Notes: generated by a model not told the origin, from the sequence alone. A stretch of 57,501 nt of DNA from Nitrospirae bacterium MYbin3 (GCA_002753335.1 PEAD01000020.1:1-57501), one strand, 5' to 3'. Numbered from the stretch's first letter, positions 1 through 9,802 are shown. Made by a program: numbers and translations.

Positions 1-395
1 GCCAACGCCTTTGTTAAATTATACTTGGCCATCATTTTATGAAAATCGAAATACTCATTATAAATTCTGGGTTCAACAAGCAGTTTAAAAGGCTCCTTTT
101 CGTAAATGAGCTTACCTTCTTTTACAATCAGGTATTTCAAGTCAGGATTATCTGTCAAATTCAGAACAACAACATCTATGTTATCGCTTTTAAGCAGCCT
201 GCTTATCGCAACAATAGTGTCAATCTTAATTTCGCACATTCGCTCCTTATTCTTAGATCCAAGGTAAATGGCAAAGTCATAATCGCTTAACTTTCCATGA
301 CGATGCTTGAATCTCGACCCAAAAAAGTACACAAGCTTAATATCAGAGAAACTTATAAAAAACAACCTCAACTTATCGATTTCTTTTTTAGTCAT
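1..395 (-). CDS. Minimal nucleotidyltransferase (MNT/MntA-like antitoxin), 3' end runs off the window
   Basis: Not in the ORF track. Manual translation from ATG 395 gives MTKKEIDKLRLFFISFSDIKLVYFFGSRFKHRHGKLSDYDFAIYL...NIDVVVLN...IVKEGKLIYE, with the GS-x10-DxD motif; frame open to position 1. Confidence 0.85.
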   Translation of the reverse strand, partial: MTKKEIDKLRLFFISFSDIKLVYFFGSRFKHRHGKLSDYDFAIYLGSKNKERMCEIKIDTIVAISRLLKSDNIDVVVLNLTDNPDLKYLIVKEGKLIYEKEPFKLLVEPRIYNEYFDFHKMMAKYNLTKAL

Positions 396-410
396 ACAGC
401 ATATTGCCGA

Positions 411-743
411 TCAGTATTGTTGACCATTTTCAACTTCTTGCTTCAATTCCATAATTTCCTGCTGAAGCCTGTCGTATTCCTTCATTTTTGCTTTTAAAAA
501 ATCCCCGCTTATTTTTGCTTTCTGCTTTATGCCCTTAGGCGTCAATAAATATGAGTATTTTCTTTTCTCTTCAGATTCCGAAAAGTTGCACAGTTTTATA
601 TACCCTTTATTGAGCAATGCCTTTATGACATAATTGGCCTTACCGAGGCTAATGCCACTGCTTGCGGCAAAGTGCCTCTGAGATATGGATGGATTTTTCC
701 CTATCTCTATCAACGCCTTTGCTTCTAATTGAATGTCTTTCAT
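411..743 (-). CDS. MarR-family (EPS-associated type) winged-helix transcriptional regulator
   Basis: SQRHFAASSGISLGKANYVIKALLNKGYIK...YSYLLTPKG pattern. Confidence 0.8.
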   Translation of the reverse strand: MKDIQLEAKALIEIGKNPSISQRHFAASSGISLGKANYVIKALLNKGYIKLCNFSESEEKRKYSYLLTPKGIKQKAKISGDFLKAKMKEYDRLQQEIMELKQEVENGQQY

Positions 744-801
744 TGGGAAAAACTTTAGGAATAGATAAACCTTCGGCTGGTCACTTACATATAAAGAAGT
801 G

Positions 802-821
802 CATGTTCATTTCTGAACATG
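802..821. promoter_or_regulatory. Inverted repeat CATGTTCA-N4-TGAACATG, candidate operator of the MarR gene
   Basis: Perfect 8-bp arms about 60 bp upstream of the MarR start. Confidence 0.5.
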
Positions 822-926
822 GTAATTTAACTATTTTTCTACTTAGTAGTCAAATACAGGAGAACTTAGGCTTAGAGCGAAAGCACTTAGAGGTTATTTA
901 GAAAATTAAGATGAAATTCAGGATAA

Positions 927-2144
927 CTACCCAGGGAACCAGTTAGTAGCAGGCTTCGAAAAGAACTTTTCAAGATTTACCCCACTACTGCCCACAATTA
1001 ATGTTTTCCCTTCCGGATACTTTTTCTTAAACTGTTTTAGTCCTGATACTTTGTCGCTTCTGCCGCTTTTTACTTCAACACCATAAAAACAATTTCCAGC
1101 TGCAACCACAAAGTCAACTTCTTGGTTACCGTCGCGCCAATAAGTAAGTTCATATCCTGTACCAACGAAACTATTGCACAAATGGGCTCCCACGGCATTT
1201 TCAACAAGGCGCCCCCACCAGGACGAATCGCTGACTGCATCTTTGAATAATCTTACAGAAAGAGCATTAATAAGGGCATTATTCCATAGGATAAGTTTAG
1301 GACTACTACCGCGTTTTCTAACATGACCACGTGAAAAAAGTTCTAGACCGCTTACTAAAAATGCCGATTCGAGCAACTGAAGATAATGAGCAAGAGTAGT
1401 AGTATTACCAACGTCTTGAAGTTGTCCAAGCATTTTGTTGTATGAAAATATCTGTGAAGGGAAAGTGGCGGAAAGAGCAAACAGGTGTCTTAACAGCGTT
1501 GGTTTAGTTATTTTTTGCATTTGCAATACATCCCGAGCAAGTACTGTCTCGATTAGTGAATCTCTTAAATATTGTTTCCATTGTGTTTCATTGTTGGCAA
1601 AGATGGCTGCGCCGGGATAGCCTCCAAAATAAAGCCATTTGTTAATATCCCATCCGAATGCAGCTGCGCATTCTGGGAAAGACCAATGAGGGCAGTGATT
1701 CAAAAAAAAACGACCGGCAAGGCTTTCTGTAAGTCCCTCCTGAAGGAGTAATGCAGAAGAACCTAGTATTAGCAAGCGAATATCCTGACTTTTGCGTTGG
1801 GCATAATCCCAGTGCATTTTAATGCTTTCGCTCCATCCTTTGATCTTTTGTATTTCATCAAGGATGAGGACTACCGGCTTTTTCGTATTCTGCGCCTCAA
1901 TTTCTGCTAACCTCCACTGCGTTTCAATCCACTCTACTCCAGGTGGTAATGGGTTATCAGCAGTAGCATAAACGGATGGATAAGGCAACCGCTTTTGTAC
2001 CTGTGACGATATTATTGTCTTGCCAACTTGCCTTGGCCCAATAAGCACTTGAAACACAGGAAGTTTTTTCAATAAAGCGCTTGCAATTATTTTGGTAATG
2101 GGTCGCTCAAATTGCATATAAAAATCTAACACAAACACAAACAT
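927..2144 (-). CDS. AAA+ ATPase with C-terminal DUF4143 (PD-(D/E)XK-like) domain
   Basis: Walker A GPRQVGKT, Walker B ILDEIQ, GGYP, C-terminal EVDFV...EVKSG; true start may be the Met at 2117. Confidence 0.85.
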   Translation of the reverse strand: MFVFVLDFYMQFERPITKIIASALLKKLPVFQVLIGPRQVGKTIISSQVQKRLPYPSVYATADNPLPPGVEWIETQWRLAEIEAQNTKKPVVLILDEIQKIKGWSESIKMHWDYAQRKSQDIRLLILGSSALLLQEGLTESLAGRFFLNHCPHWSFPECAAAFGWDINKWLYFGGYPGAAIFANNETQWKQYLRDSLIETVLARDVLQMQKITKPTLLRHLFALSATFPSQIFSYNKMLGQLQDVGNTTTLAHYLQLLESAFLVSGLELFSRGHVRKRGSSPKLILWNNALINALSVRLFKDAVSDSSWWGRLVENAVGAHLCNSFVGTGYELTYWRDGNQEVDFVVAAGNCFYGVEVKSGRSDKVSGLKQFKKKYPEGKTLIVGSSGVNLEKFFSKPATNWFPG

Positions 2145-2150
2145 AAATCA

Positions 2151-2197
2151 ACTTTACTCAATGAGTGATAAATATTTACTCAGTCATTGAGTAAAGT
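2151..2197. promoter_or_regulatory. 47-bp near-perfect palindrome between divergent genes
   Basis: ACTTTACTCAATGAGTGA / TCAGTCATTGAGTAAAGT, 18-bp arms with 1 mismatch and a palindromic AT-rich centre. Confidence 0.6.
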
Positions 2198-2360
2198 CAG
2201 AAGATGCAAGTCAACAGTGCAGTCGAAACCCAGGTCACAACTTAATCTCTATCTGGTGGTTGCTAATGTTATATTTCGAATATCAGTGAGATTGCCGCAA
2301 ACAATGCCCTTTATGAAAAACAAAATTCAACCAGATAAAAATGTTACACTTATTTCAATA

Positions 2361-2948
2361 ATGGAACCGTTAGAGCTCATAGAAAAATACTACCCTAAAG
2401 ATTCAAAAGCATATCACTTTTTAATAAAACACAGCGAGCTTGTAACGCAAAAAGCTTTACAGATTGCGGCCAGAGTTATGGATATGAATCCTGATATTGC
2501 CTTCATCAGAAGCGCATCCATGCTGCATGACATCGGGATATTTTTGACCGATGATCCACGTTTGGGATGTTTTGGTGATAAGCCATATCTTGCCCACGGA
2601 TATTTAGGCAGAGAACTTCTCGAAAAAGAAGGCCTTGAAAAATACGCTCTAGTTTGTGAACGTCATGTCGGAGTGGGAATCAGTTTGGACGATATTGTAA
2701 AAAATAAGTTACCGCTGCCTCAAAGGGATATGCTGCCGATAACACTGGAAGAAAAAATAATATGTTTTGCGGACAAGTTTTATTCAAAAGCAAAACACAG
2801 CCTGTTAAGCGAAAAAACAGTGCCTCAGATTCGTGGAGAGATAGCCCCTTATGGTCCTGAAAAACTAAACCAGTTCGATGAATGGCTTGTTTTATTTAAA
2901 GAACCCTGCTCAGAAGCTTCTGCAAGTGCTTCTGTTGCGGATTCTTGA
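2361..2948 (+). CDS. HD-domain (HDIG) phosphohydrolase
   Basis: H...LHDIG...HG...ERH...ADKFYSK motifs; start placed at MEPLELIEKYY. Confidence 0.8.
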   Translation: MEPLELIEKYYPKDSKAYHFLIKHSELVTQKALQIAARVMDMNPDIAFIRSASMLHDIGIFLTDDPRLGCFGDKPYLAHGYLGRELLEKEGLEKYALVCERHVGVGISLDDIVKNKLPLPQRDMLPITLEEKIICFADKFYSKAKHSLLSEKTVPQIRGEIAPYGPEKLNQFDEWLVLFKEPCSEASASASVADS

Positions 2949-2974
2949 CATTAGTATCAATATATGATACTAAT
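2945..2974 (+). promoter_or_regulatory. hicAB promoter (-35 TTGACA) overlapped by a palindromic operator
   Basis: TTGACA 2945-2950; ATTAGTATCA-N5-TGATACTAAT perfect 10-bp inverted repeat 2950-2974. Confidence 0.65.
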
Positions 2975-2981
2975 AAGCAAG

Positions 2982-3245
2982 GTGAATAAAAAACATCGCA
3001 AAACATTAACAGCGATATTTCATGAGCCGGTTTTGTCGGACATTAATTGGTCGGATATCGAGACTATGCTATTGGCATTGGGCGCGGAAATAAGTGAGGG
3101 TAAAGGTTCACGAATGCGGGCAGCATTAAACGGAGTAAGGGCTGTGTTTCATAGACCTCATCCACAAAAAGAAACAGACAAAGGCGCTGTTAAATCAATG
3201 CGTAGATTTTTAAAGGAGGCTGGAATAAAACATGTTGACTTATAA
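2982..3245 (+). CDS. hicA: HicA-family toxin
   Basis: WSDIETMLLALGAEISEGKGSR...FHRPHPQKE; GTG start at 2982. Confidence 0.9.
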   Translation: MNKKHRKTLTAIFHEPVLSDINWSDIETMLLALGAEISEGKGSRMRAALNGVRAVFHRPHPQKETDKGAVKSMRRFLKEAGIKHVDL

Positions 3246-3561
3246 AGGATATACCGCAAAGGTAGAATTTGATGAAGACGCTATGCTATTTCATGGGGAG
3301 GTGATAGGAATTAAAGATGTGGTTACCTTTCAGGGAAGCTCTGTAAAAGAGATAGAAAAATCATTTAAGCATTCTATTGACGACTACCTTGAGTTTTGCA
3401 AAGAACGTGGGGAAAAGCCTGACAAACCCTTTACGGGCAAATTTGTAGTTCGTCTTACACCTGATCTGCATCGTAAGATTTACATATCTGCTGCAAGATC
3501 CGGAGAAAGTATAAATACATGGCTAAACAAGAATCTGGGCCAAGTTTTAAATGCTCGTTGA
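3232..3561 (+). CDS. hicB: HicB-family antitoxin
   Basis: YKGYTAKVEFD...GKFVVRLTPDLH ribbon-helix-helix C-terminus; overlaps hicA. Confidence 0.9.
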   Translation: MLTYKGYTAKVEFDEDAMLFHGEVIGIKDVVTFQGSSVKEIEKSFKHSIDDYLEFCKERGEKPDKPFTGKFVVRLTPDLHRKIYISAARSGESINTWLNKNLGQVLNAR

Positions 3562-3677
3562 ATACTGAATTGAATTGTAGTTGCCACGACTTGACCTGAC
3601 AGACAATATACGATACGCTCTTGATTAATTGAAATTTGTATGAGAGCAAGACGGTTTTATTTTAATTAGACATCTCA

Positions 3678-3893
3678 TCATACGGCATGGGCAAGTTTAT
3701 ATGGCTTAATAGCTTTTAGTTCCCTGCCTATCTTTTCTTCTGCGGTCTGCATATCATAGTTAGTCTGAAGGTTTATCCAAAACTGAGGTGTCTGGCTGAG
3801 ATACCGTCCAAGCAGAAGCGCTATCTCTCCTGTCACAGGCCTTGTGCAATTATTTTTCGTAATACCCAAAATTAGCCCTTTTAAATTTTGCAT
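3678..3893 (-). pseudogene. higA: Truncated HigA-like antitoxin (C-terminal half only)
   Basis: RPVTGEIALLLGRYLSQTPQFWINLQTNYD matches the HigA C-terminus; HPGE/HTH N-terminus missing. Confidence 0.65.
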
Positions 3894-4009
3894 GTTTCAG
3901 TAGTTTTTCATGGGGCCGTTTCTTTGGCGAATTTTACAACCAGAAGAAATAAATAATCGGACATCGCCTGATATATCAAGTTCTGACTTTTACAATTGAA
4001 TCTTACTCT

Positions 4010-5296
4010 CTATTTTTTATTCAGCGCCCTCTCAACAGTTTTTATAGCGCAGAACTCGCCGCACATACTGCAAACCTCTTTTTCCTGAGGGGGCACCTGC
4101 CCGCGCCATTCCCTTACCCTGTCAGGATCGAAGCTCATGGACGCCTGCCCTTCCCAATCCAAGTTCTTTCTGAACCGCGCCATTTTTTTGTCCTTCTCGA
4201 TTGCTGACGGCAACCCCTTTGCAATATCTGCAGCGTGGGCTGCGATCTTTGAAGCTACAACACCTTCTCGAACATCTTCAATATTAGGCAGCCTGATATG
4301 TTCGGCAGGTGTGACATAGCAGAGAAAATCCGCACCAGCTGCGCCTGCTATTGCCCCGCCTATTGCTGTTGCAATGTGGTCGTATCCCATTGCTATATCT
4401 GTTACCAGAGGACCCAGCACATAGAATGGCGCGCCTTTGCAGATCTCTTTTTCAAGCTTGATGTTAAGCTCAACCTGATTCAGAGGCACATGACCGGGGC
4501 CTTCAATGATTGTCTGAACGCCAGCTTCTTGCGCCCTATCTCTTAGTTCACCGAGTGTAAGATTCACCTCAAGCTGGCTCCTGTCGGTAGCGTCAGCAAG
4601 GCACCCGGGCCTGAAGCCGTCACCTAAGCTCAACGTAAGATCGTATTTTCTTGCCATATCCAAAAGCCTGTCATACTGTTCAAAAAGCGGATTCTCTTTG
4701 TCATTGTATATTATCCATTCAAGAAGAAACGCCCCGCCTCTGCTCACAACATCAAGGATTCTTCTGTCTTCCCTCAGTCTTTCAATCGCCCTTCTTGTTA
4801 CTCCACAATGCACAGTAACAAAATCAACGCCATCCTTCGCATGCCCTTCAATCACATCAAAAAGATCATCGGCCGTCATCTTTGCAATATGCTTATGCTT
4901 TTCTGCAGCGCCAACAACAGCCTCATAAATCGGCACTGTGCCCACAGAGACCGGAGATTTTTTAATAAGGGACTGTCTAAGCTCTCTTATAGCACCGCCT
5001 GTGGATAGATCCATAACGGCATCAGCCCCGTATTTTACAAGCACCTCCAGTTTTTTCATCTCATCTTCGTATGAAATTCTGTCCTTTGAGGTGCCGATAT
5101 TTGCATTTATCTTTGTACGGAGACCCTTGCCGATTCCGAGCGGAACAATATCATGAATATTATTTCTGGAGATAACAGACACTCCCTCAGCAATATCAGA
5201 GGCTAATTTCTCTGCCGATATGCCCTCGGCAGACGCAACAGCCTTCATCTCATCCGTAATTATTCCCTTCCTTGCCTGTTCTATCCTTGTCATCAC
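4010..5296 (-). CDS. thiC: Phosphomethylpyrimidine synthase
   Basis: KINANIGTS, MDLSTGG, EGPGHVP, C-terminal CSMCGEFC; thi context. Confidence 0.95.
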   Translation of the reverse strand: MMTRIEQARKGIITDEMKAVASAEGISAEKLASDIAEGVSVISRNNIHDIVPLGIGKGLRTKINANIGTSKDRISYEDEMKKLEVLVKYGADAVMDLSTGGAIRELRQSLIKKSPVSVGTVPIYEAVVGAAEKHKHIAKMTADDLFDVIEGHAKDGVDFVTVHCGVTRRAIERLREDRRILDVVSRGGAFLLEWIIYNDKENPLFEQYDRLLDMARKYDLTLSLGDGFRPGCLADATDRSQLEVNLTLGELRDRAQEAGVQTIIEGPGHVPLNQVELNIKLEKEICKGAPFYVLGPLVTDIAMGYDHIATAIGGAIAGAAGADFLCYVTPAEHIRLPNIEDVREGVVASKIAAHAADIAKGLPSAIEKDKKMARFRKNLDWEGQASMSFDPDRVREWRGQVPPQEKEVCSMCGEFCAIKTVERALNKK

Positions 5297-5922
5297 GCAG
5301 CTCCTATCGCTTTGATATATTTTTTTGCGGCAGCTCCTGCATCAGCCGCTCCTAATATGCCGCTGATTAAAGCAATGCCTGAGGCTCCGGCACCCATCAC
5401 CTCTAAAACCCTGTCCGCCTTTATACCACCAATTCCGAAGACCGGTATAGAAAGTATTCCTGCAAGCGACTTAAAAAAATCAACTCCCAAAGGCTCTCCA
5501 TATTTCATCTTAGATGGTGTTTTATAAATCGGCCCCAACGTTATAAAATCTGCTCCGCCTTCTTGAGCTTCGAGAGCTTCATCCTTCGAGTGTGCCGAAA
5601 CTCCGATCATCATTTTTTCACCAACAACTCTTTTAGCTGCGCTGACAGGGATCCCGGAATGCCCTAAATGAACACCATCCGCATCAGCACTCATCGCAAC
5701 ATCAAGCCTGTCGTTAACAAAAAGCTTTGCTCCGTATCTTGCGGTTATTTCGCGCATCCTGTAAGCCATATCAAGAAGTCCTCTTACCGGCAGATCCTTT
5801 TCTCTCAGCTGTACAGCCTTTATTCCGGCCTTAAGAGCATCCTCTACTGCATTTAAAAAAAAATTGTTATCAGTAAACAGCTTTCTATCTGTAATCAGAT
5901 AAATTTTGAAATCAACACTCAT
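5293..5922 (-). CDS. thiE: Thiamine-phosphate synthase
   Basis: VQLREKD, NDRLDVA, GVHLG, GPIYKTPSK, IGGI. Confidence 0.95.
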   Translation of the reverse strand: MSVDFKIYLITDRKLFTDNNFFLNAVEDALKAGIKAVQLREKDLPVRGLLDMAYRMREITARYGAKLFVNDRLDVAMSADADGVHLGHSGIPVSAAKRVVGEKMMIGVSAHSKDEALEAQEGGADFITLGPIYKTPSKMKYGEPLGVDFFKSLAGILSIPVFGIGGIKADRVLEVMGAGASGIALISGILGAADAGAAAKKYIKAIGAA

Positions 5923-5930
5923 TACTTACT

Positions 5931-6701
5931 TTAAATCATTCCGTCAAAAGGACTGCTCGCTGTTGCATAGAGTTTCTTGCCCATCCTTCCGGCCTTGAAT
6001 GAAAGCCTTCCGGCTAAGACCGCATACTTCATAGCCTCGGCCATTGCTATCGGGTCTTTAGCATCAGCAATAGCAGTATTAATAAGCACCGCGTCACAGC
6101 CAAGCTCCATCGCTATAGCAGCGTCAGAGGCGGTTCCTACACCAGCATCCACAAGCACCGGAACCTTGGCCGCTTCAATAATGATTTTTATATTGAACGG
6201 GTTTCTAATTCCCAAGCCCGAACCTATCGGAGCGCCCAGAGGCATTACAGCCGCAGCTCCTGCATTTTCAAGCCTCTTAGCCATGATTGGGTCATCGTTT
6301 GTGTATGGAAAAACGATGAATCCTTCTTTTGCAAGCTCTTCTGTGGCCTTGAGCAATCCAATAGTATCAGGGAAGAGAGTCCTCTCATCGCCAATAACTT
6401 CCAGCTTTATCATGTCCGATACGCCCGCCTCCCGAGCAAGCCTCGAATATCTCAATGCGTCCTCGACATTGTAGCAGCCGGCTGTGTTTGGAAGGATTTT
6501 GTATTTTTTAGGATCAATATAATCCAGAAGGTTTTCGGATTTTCTGTCTGTTATATTAACCCTTCTAACAGCAACAGTAACAACATCCGCACCGGAGGCC
6601 TCTACAGCCTTGGCTGTTTCCTCAAAATCCTTGTACTTGCCGGTGCCGACCCAAAGCCTTGATTTAAACTCGATGCCTCTGACTATCAATTTATCTTCCA
6701 T
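5931..6701 (-). CDS. thiG: Thiazole synthase
   Basis: [42 protein letters not shown]; start at MEDKL. Confidence 0.95.
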   Translation of the reverse strand: MEDKLIVRGIEFKSRLWVGTGKYKDFEETAKAVEASGADVVTVAVRRVNITDRKSENLLDYIDPKKYKILPNTAGCYNVEDALRYSRLAREAGVSDMIKLEVIGDERTLFPDTIGLLKATEELAKEGFIVFPYTNDDPIMAKRLENAGAAAVMPLGAPIGSGLGIRNPFNIKIIIEAAKVPVLVDAGVGTASDAAIAMELGCDAVLINTAIADAKDPIAMAEAMKYAVLAGRLSFKAGRMGKKLYATASSPFDGMI

Positions 6702-6897
6702 CTCCACCTCCGACAAAATTAACAACTTCTATAACATCGCCTTCATTGATCCGATAGTCTGCCACATCAGCCCTCTTTATAACTTTCAGATTGACTTCAA
6801 CAGCCACCCTCTCAGAACGAACCTTCATCTCCTCAAGCAATCCTGAAAGAGTATGCTGCTCAGTTTCATAAGCTTCACCGTTTACTTTGATTTTCAT
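6691..6897 (-). CDS. thiS: Sulfur carrier protein ThiS with C-terminal extension
   Basis: [21 protein letters not shown] followed by DGR. Confidence 0.9.
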   Translation of the reverse strand: MKIKVNGEAYETEQHTLSGLLEEMKVRSERVAVEVNLKVIKRADVADYRINEGDVIEVVNFVGGGDGR

Positions 6898-6900
6898 ACA

Positions 6901-7818
6901 TCACCTTAAAGTTCCGATAATTTCATTTATGTCAGAAACGCCTTCATCCTGAAGAAACAGCTTCAGCCCTTCAACAACATCAGCAGCGGCCGAAGGATTG
7001 ATAAAGTTAGCTGTGCCGACAGCCACAGCCCTGGCTCCTGCTATCAAAAACTGCAAAGCGTCTTCGGCGTTCATAATACCGCCCATTCCTATAACCGGAA
7101 TCTTCACCGCCCTGCAAACTTCCCAGACCATCCTTACCGCAACAGGCCTTATCGCAGGCCCCGAAAGGCCGCCTGTCTTATTCGCAAGAACAGGCATACG
7201 TTTCCTGACATCAATGACCATACCTGTAATTGTATTTATCGCAGATACAGCATCAGCCCCGGCATTTTCTGCAATCTTTGCCATCTGGCCTATATCCTTC
7301 ACATTAGGAGAAAGCTTGACAATCAAAGGCAGCGCAGTAGATTTTCGAGTCACGCTTATCACTTTGTCCATAGTCATTGGGTCGGTGCCAAAGACTATCC
7401 AACCCTCCTGCTTATTCGGACATGAGATGTTCATCTCCAAAGCATGAACGCCTTCGGCATCGCTTAACATTCTTGCACATTCTGCATATTCCTCTATGCT
7501 GTCGCCGAAAAAGTTGGCGATCACTTTAGTATCAAACTGCCTAAGAAAAGGCAGCTTCTCATCTATAAATGTTCTTACTCCTATATTCTGCAAACCTATG
7601 GCATTGAGCATTCCGGAAGGTGTCTCGACTATGCGGGGCGTAGGATTGCCGGTTCTTGGCGTAATTGACAAGCCTTTGACAACAATAGCTCCGAGGGCAT
7701 TCAAATCAAAATAGTCCGCATATTCCTCGCCGTAGCCAAAAGTGCCTGAAGCTGTCATCACAGGATTTTTAAGTTTCAAGCCCGCTATATCTACAGCAAG
7801 ATTCGGAGCTATCACCAC
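6901..7818 (-). CDS. pyrD: Dihydroorotate dehydrogenase B catalytic subunit
   Basis: NPVMTASGTFG, NISCPN, KLSPNV, GGLSG. Confidence 0.95.
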   Translation of the reverse strand: MVIAPNLAVDIAGLKLKNPVMTASGTFGYGEEYADYFDLNALGAIVVKGLSITPRTGNPTPRIVETPSGMLNAIGLQNIGVRTFIDEKLPFLRQFDTKVIANFFGDSIEEYAECARMLSDAEGVHALEMNISCPNKQEGWIVFGTDPMTMDKVISVTRKSTALPLIVKLSPNVKDIGQMAKIAENAGADAVSAINTITGMVIDVRKRMPVLANKTGGLSGPAIRPVAVRMVWEVCRAVKIPVIGMGGIMNAEDALQFLIAGARAVAVGTANFINPSAAADVVEGLKLFLQDEGVSDINEIIGTLR

Positions 7819-8582
7819 AACACCTCATCAGCATCAAAAACAGGCCCCTCTTTACAAACCCGTTTGTACTCATACTCAACGGCGGATGATTTTGACTTAA
7901 CAACACATCCCAGACAGGCGCCTATTCCGCAAGCCATATGCTCTTCAAGAGATACATAGCATTTAAGATTATTATGTTTTGCAATTTCGGCCACCTTCTT
8001 CAGCATCGGGTGTGGGCCGCATGCATAAACAGGCATTGACCGGCCTTCGTTTTTTATAAATTCTGACAGTTTGTCAGTAACAAGACCTTTCACTCCTGAA
8101 GAACCGTCGTCAGTGGTAGAAAAAGCTTTTGCCGAAAGTTTTGAGGCTTCTTCAAAACAGATAAGCTCTCTGACATTTCTTGCACCATAAAACAGCATCG
8201 CCTTTCCGCGTTTTTTTTCTAAAAGAGAATAGAGAGATGCTATGCCGACCCCACCGGCAACCGCTATGAACGGCCCCTCAGGATCCGGATATGCCTTGCC
8301 GAGAGGTCCGACAACATTTATAAAATCGCCCCTATTAAATCCTGCAATACTCGTAGTGCCCTTCCCCCTGACCCTGTAAAGAAACTGCAGGCATCCGTCA
8401 TTAAGCCTGAATATGCTGAAAGGCCTTTTGAGAAGAGGATCTGTTGAACGGCCTGATTCGAGCATATAGAATTGTCCGGGCAAAGGAACTGAAACTTCTG
8501 AAGCAGGTGACAGTGTTATAAGCTTGAATGACTCTGCTGCAAAGTTGTTGTCTATGACCTTTGCCTTAAAATGCCTACGCAA
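7812..8582 (-). CDS. pyrK: Dihydroorotate dehydrogenase electron transfer subunit
   Basis: RPFSI, GGVG, MACGIGACLGC...VCKEGPVF [2Fe-2S] motif. Confidence 0.95.
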   Translation of the reverse strand: MRRHFKAKVIDNNFAAESFKLITLSPASEVSVPLPGQFYMLESGRSTDPLLKRPFSIFRLNDGCLQFLYRVRGKGTTSIAGFNRGDFINVVGPLGKAYPDPEGPFIAVAGGVGIASLYSLLEKKRGKAMLFYGARNVRELICFEEASKLSAKAFSTTDDGSSGVKGLVTDKLSEFIKNEGRSMPVYACGPHPMLKKVAEIAKHNNLKCYVSLEEHMACGIGACLGCVVKSKSSAVEYEYKRVCKEGPVFDADEVLW

Positions 8583-9048
8583 AGGTTATCTCTGTTATCT
8601 CGTATTCAAAAGTTCTGGCCGGAGCCTTTACCATGGCGGTATCGCCCACTTCCTTGCCTATCAATGCCTTGCCGACAGGAGAGCTTATAGAGATTTTTCC
8701 GCTCTTTACATCAGCCTCGTCAGGCCCTACAAGAATAAATTCAAACTCCTCATCCGCTCCGGTATCGTACACCTTAACCTTTGCTCCAAACGCCACCCTG
8801 GATTGATTGATCTTAGATGTATCTATCACATCAGCCATAGAAATCTTGGCCTGCAACTCCTCTATTCTGCCTTTGATGAACGACTGCCGTTCACGGGCCG
8901 CATGATATTCGGCATTTTCGGAAAGGTCGCCGTGAGCCCTCGCCTCAGCAATATCCTGAATGTTCCTTGGACGATCCACCTTGATGAGCTTGTCAAGCTC
9001 GTCTTTGAGCTTCTTGAATCCATCAGGGGTCATCGGTACACGAGTCAT
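8575..9048 (-). CDS. greA: Transcription elongation factor GreA
   Basis: ARAHGDLSENAEYHAA, SPVGKALIG. Confidence 0.95.
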   Translation of the reverse strand: MTRVPMTPDGFKKLKDELDKLIKVDRPRNIQDIAEARAHGDLSENAEYHAARERQSFIKGRIEELQAKISMADVIDTSKINQSRVAFGAKVKVYDTGADEEFEFILVGPDEADVKSGKISISSPVGKALIGKEVGDTAMVKAPARTFEYEITEITFA

Positions 9049-9157
9049 AATCTGTATTGCTCTCCTTTAAAATCAGGTGATGCTTTTAAGAAATACATTA
9101 CCACTTTTAGCGTATTTTTTCAAAAAACCGTTTGAGAGTTTCAGGTTTGGCTATGTT

Positions 9158-9802
9158 TTATGGATTATGCCGACGTTTATGCTTAACAAACTCGATAATG
9201 CCAGGAAGGATAGAGAGAAAAATTATAACCAGTATGACAATAGTAAAATTCTTTTTAATAAAAGGGATATTGCCGAAAAAATATCCGCCGCCCACAAAAA
9301 ATACTATCCAGAATATACCGCCCACAACATTGTAGATAATGAATCTCCTGTATGACATGCGTCCGATGCCGGCAACAAAAGGTGCGAAGGTCCTGATTAT
9401 AGGCATAAACCGCGCTATGATTATGGTCTTGCCGCCGTGCTTTTCGTAGAACCTGTGCGTCCGTTCAAGATACTCTTTTCTGAAAAAACGAGAGTCCTCG
9501 TAATGAAAAACCTTCGGGCCTAGATAAAAACCTATCCAGTAGTTCAGCGTATCACCGGTTATCGCAGCCACAATCAGCAATACAGAGAGGAAAAAAGGAT
9601 CAAGAGATCCTAGCGCTGCAAAGGTTCCGGCCGCAAAAAGCAAAGAGTCTCCCGGAAGCAGCGGAGCAACCACAAGTCCTGTTTCACAAAATATGATCAA
9701 AAAAAGTATGGCATATGTCCATGCGCCATAGCTTCGTATGATCATGTCAAGATGCTTGTCGAGATGCAATAGTATGTCTATGAAAGCTGTGATTATATCC
9801 AT
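9158..9802 (-). CDS. dedA: DedA family membrane protein
   Basis: FCETGLVVAPLLPGDSLLF, ARFMPIIRTFAPFVAG. Confidence 0.9.
   Translation of the reverse strand: MDIITAFIDILLHLDKHLDMIIRSYGAWTYAILFLIIFCETGLVVAPLLPGDSLLFAAGTFAALGSLDPFFLSVLLIVAAITGDTLNYWIGFYLGPKVFHYEDSRFFRKEYLERTHRFYEKHGGKTIIIARFMPIIRTFAPFVAGIGRMSYRRFIIYNVVGGIFWIVFFVGGGYFFGNIPFIKKNFTIVILVIIFLSILPGIIEFVKHKRRHNP

Noticed and set aside
8524..9135. Long antisense ORFs such as 8524-9135, 28688-29365 and 30819-31490
   Set aside because: They are shadows of well-supported genes on the opposite strand and have no recognisable motifs.
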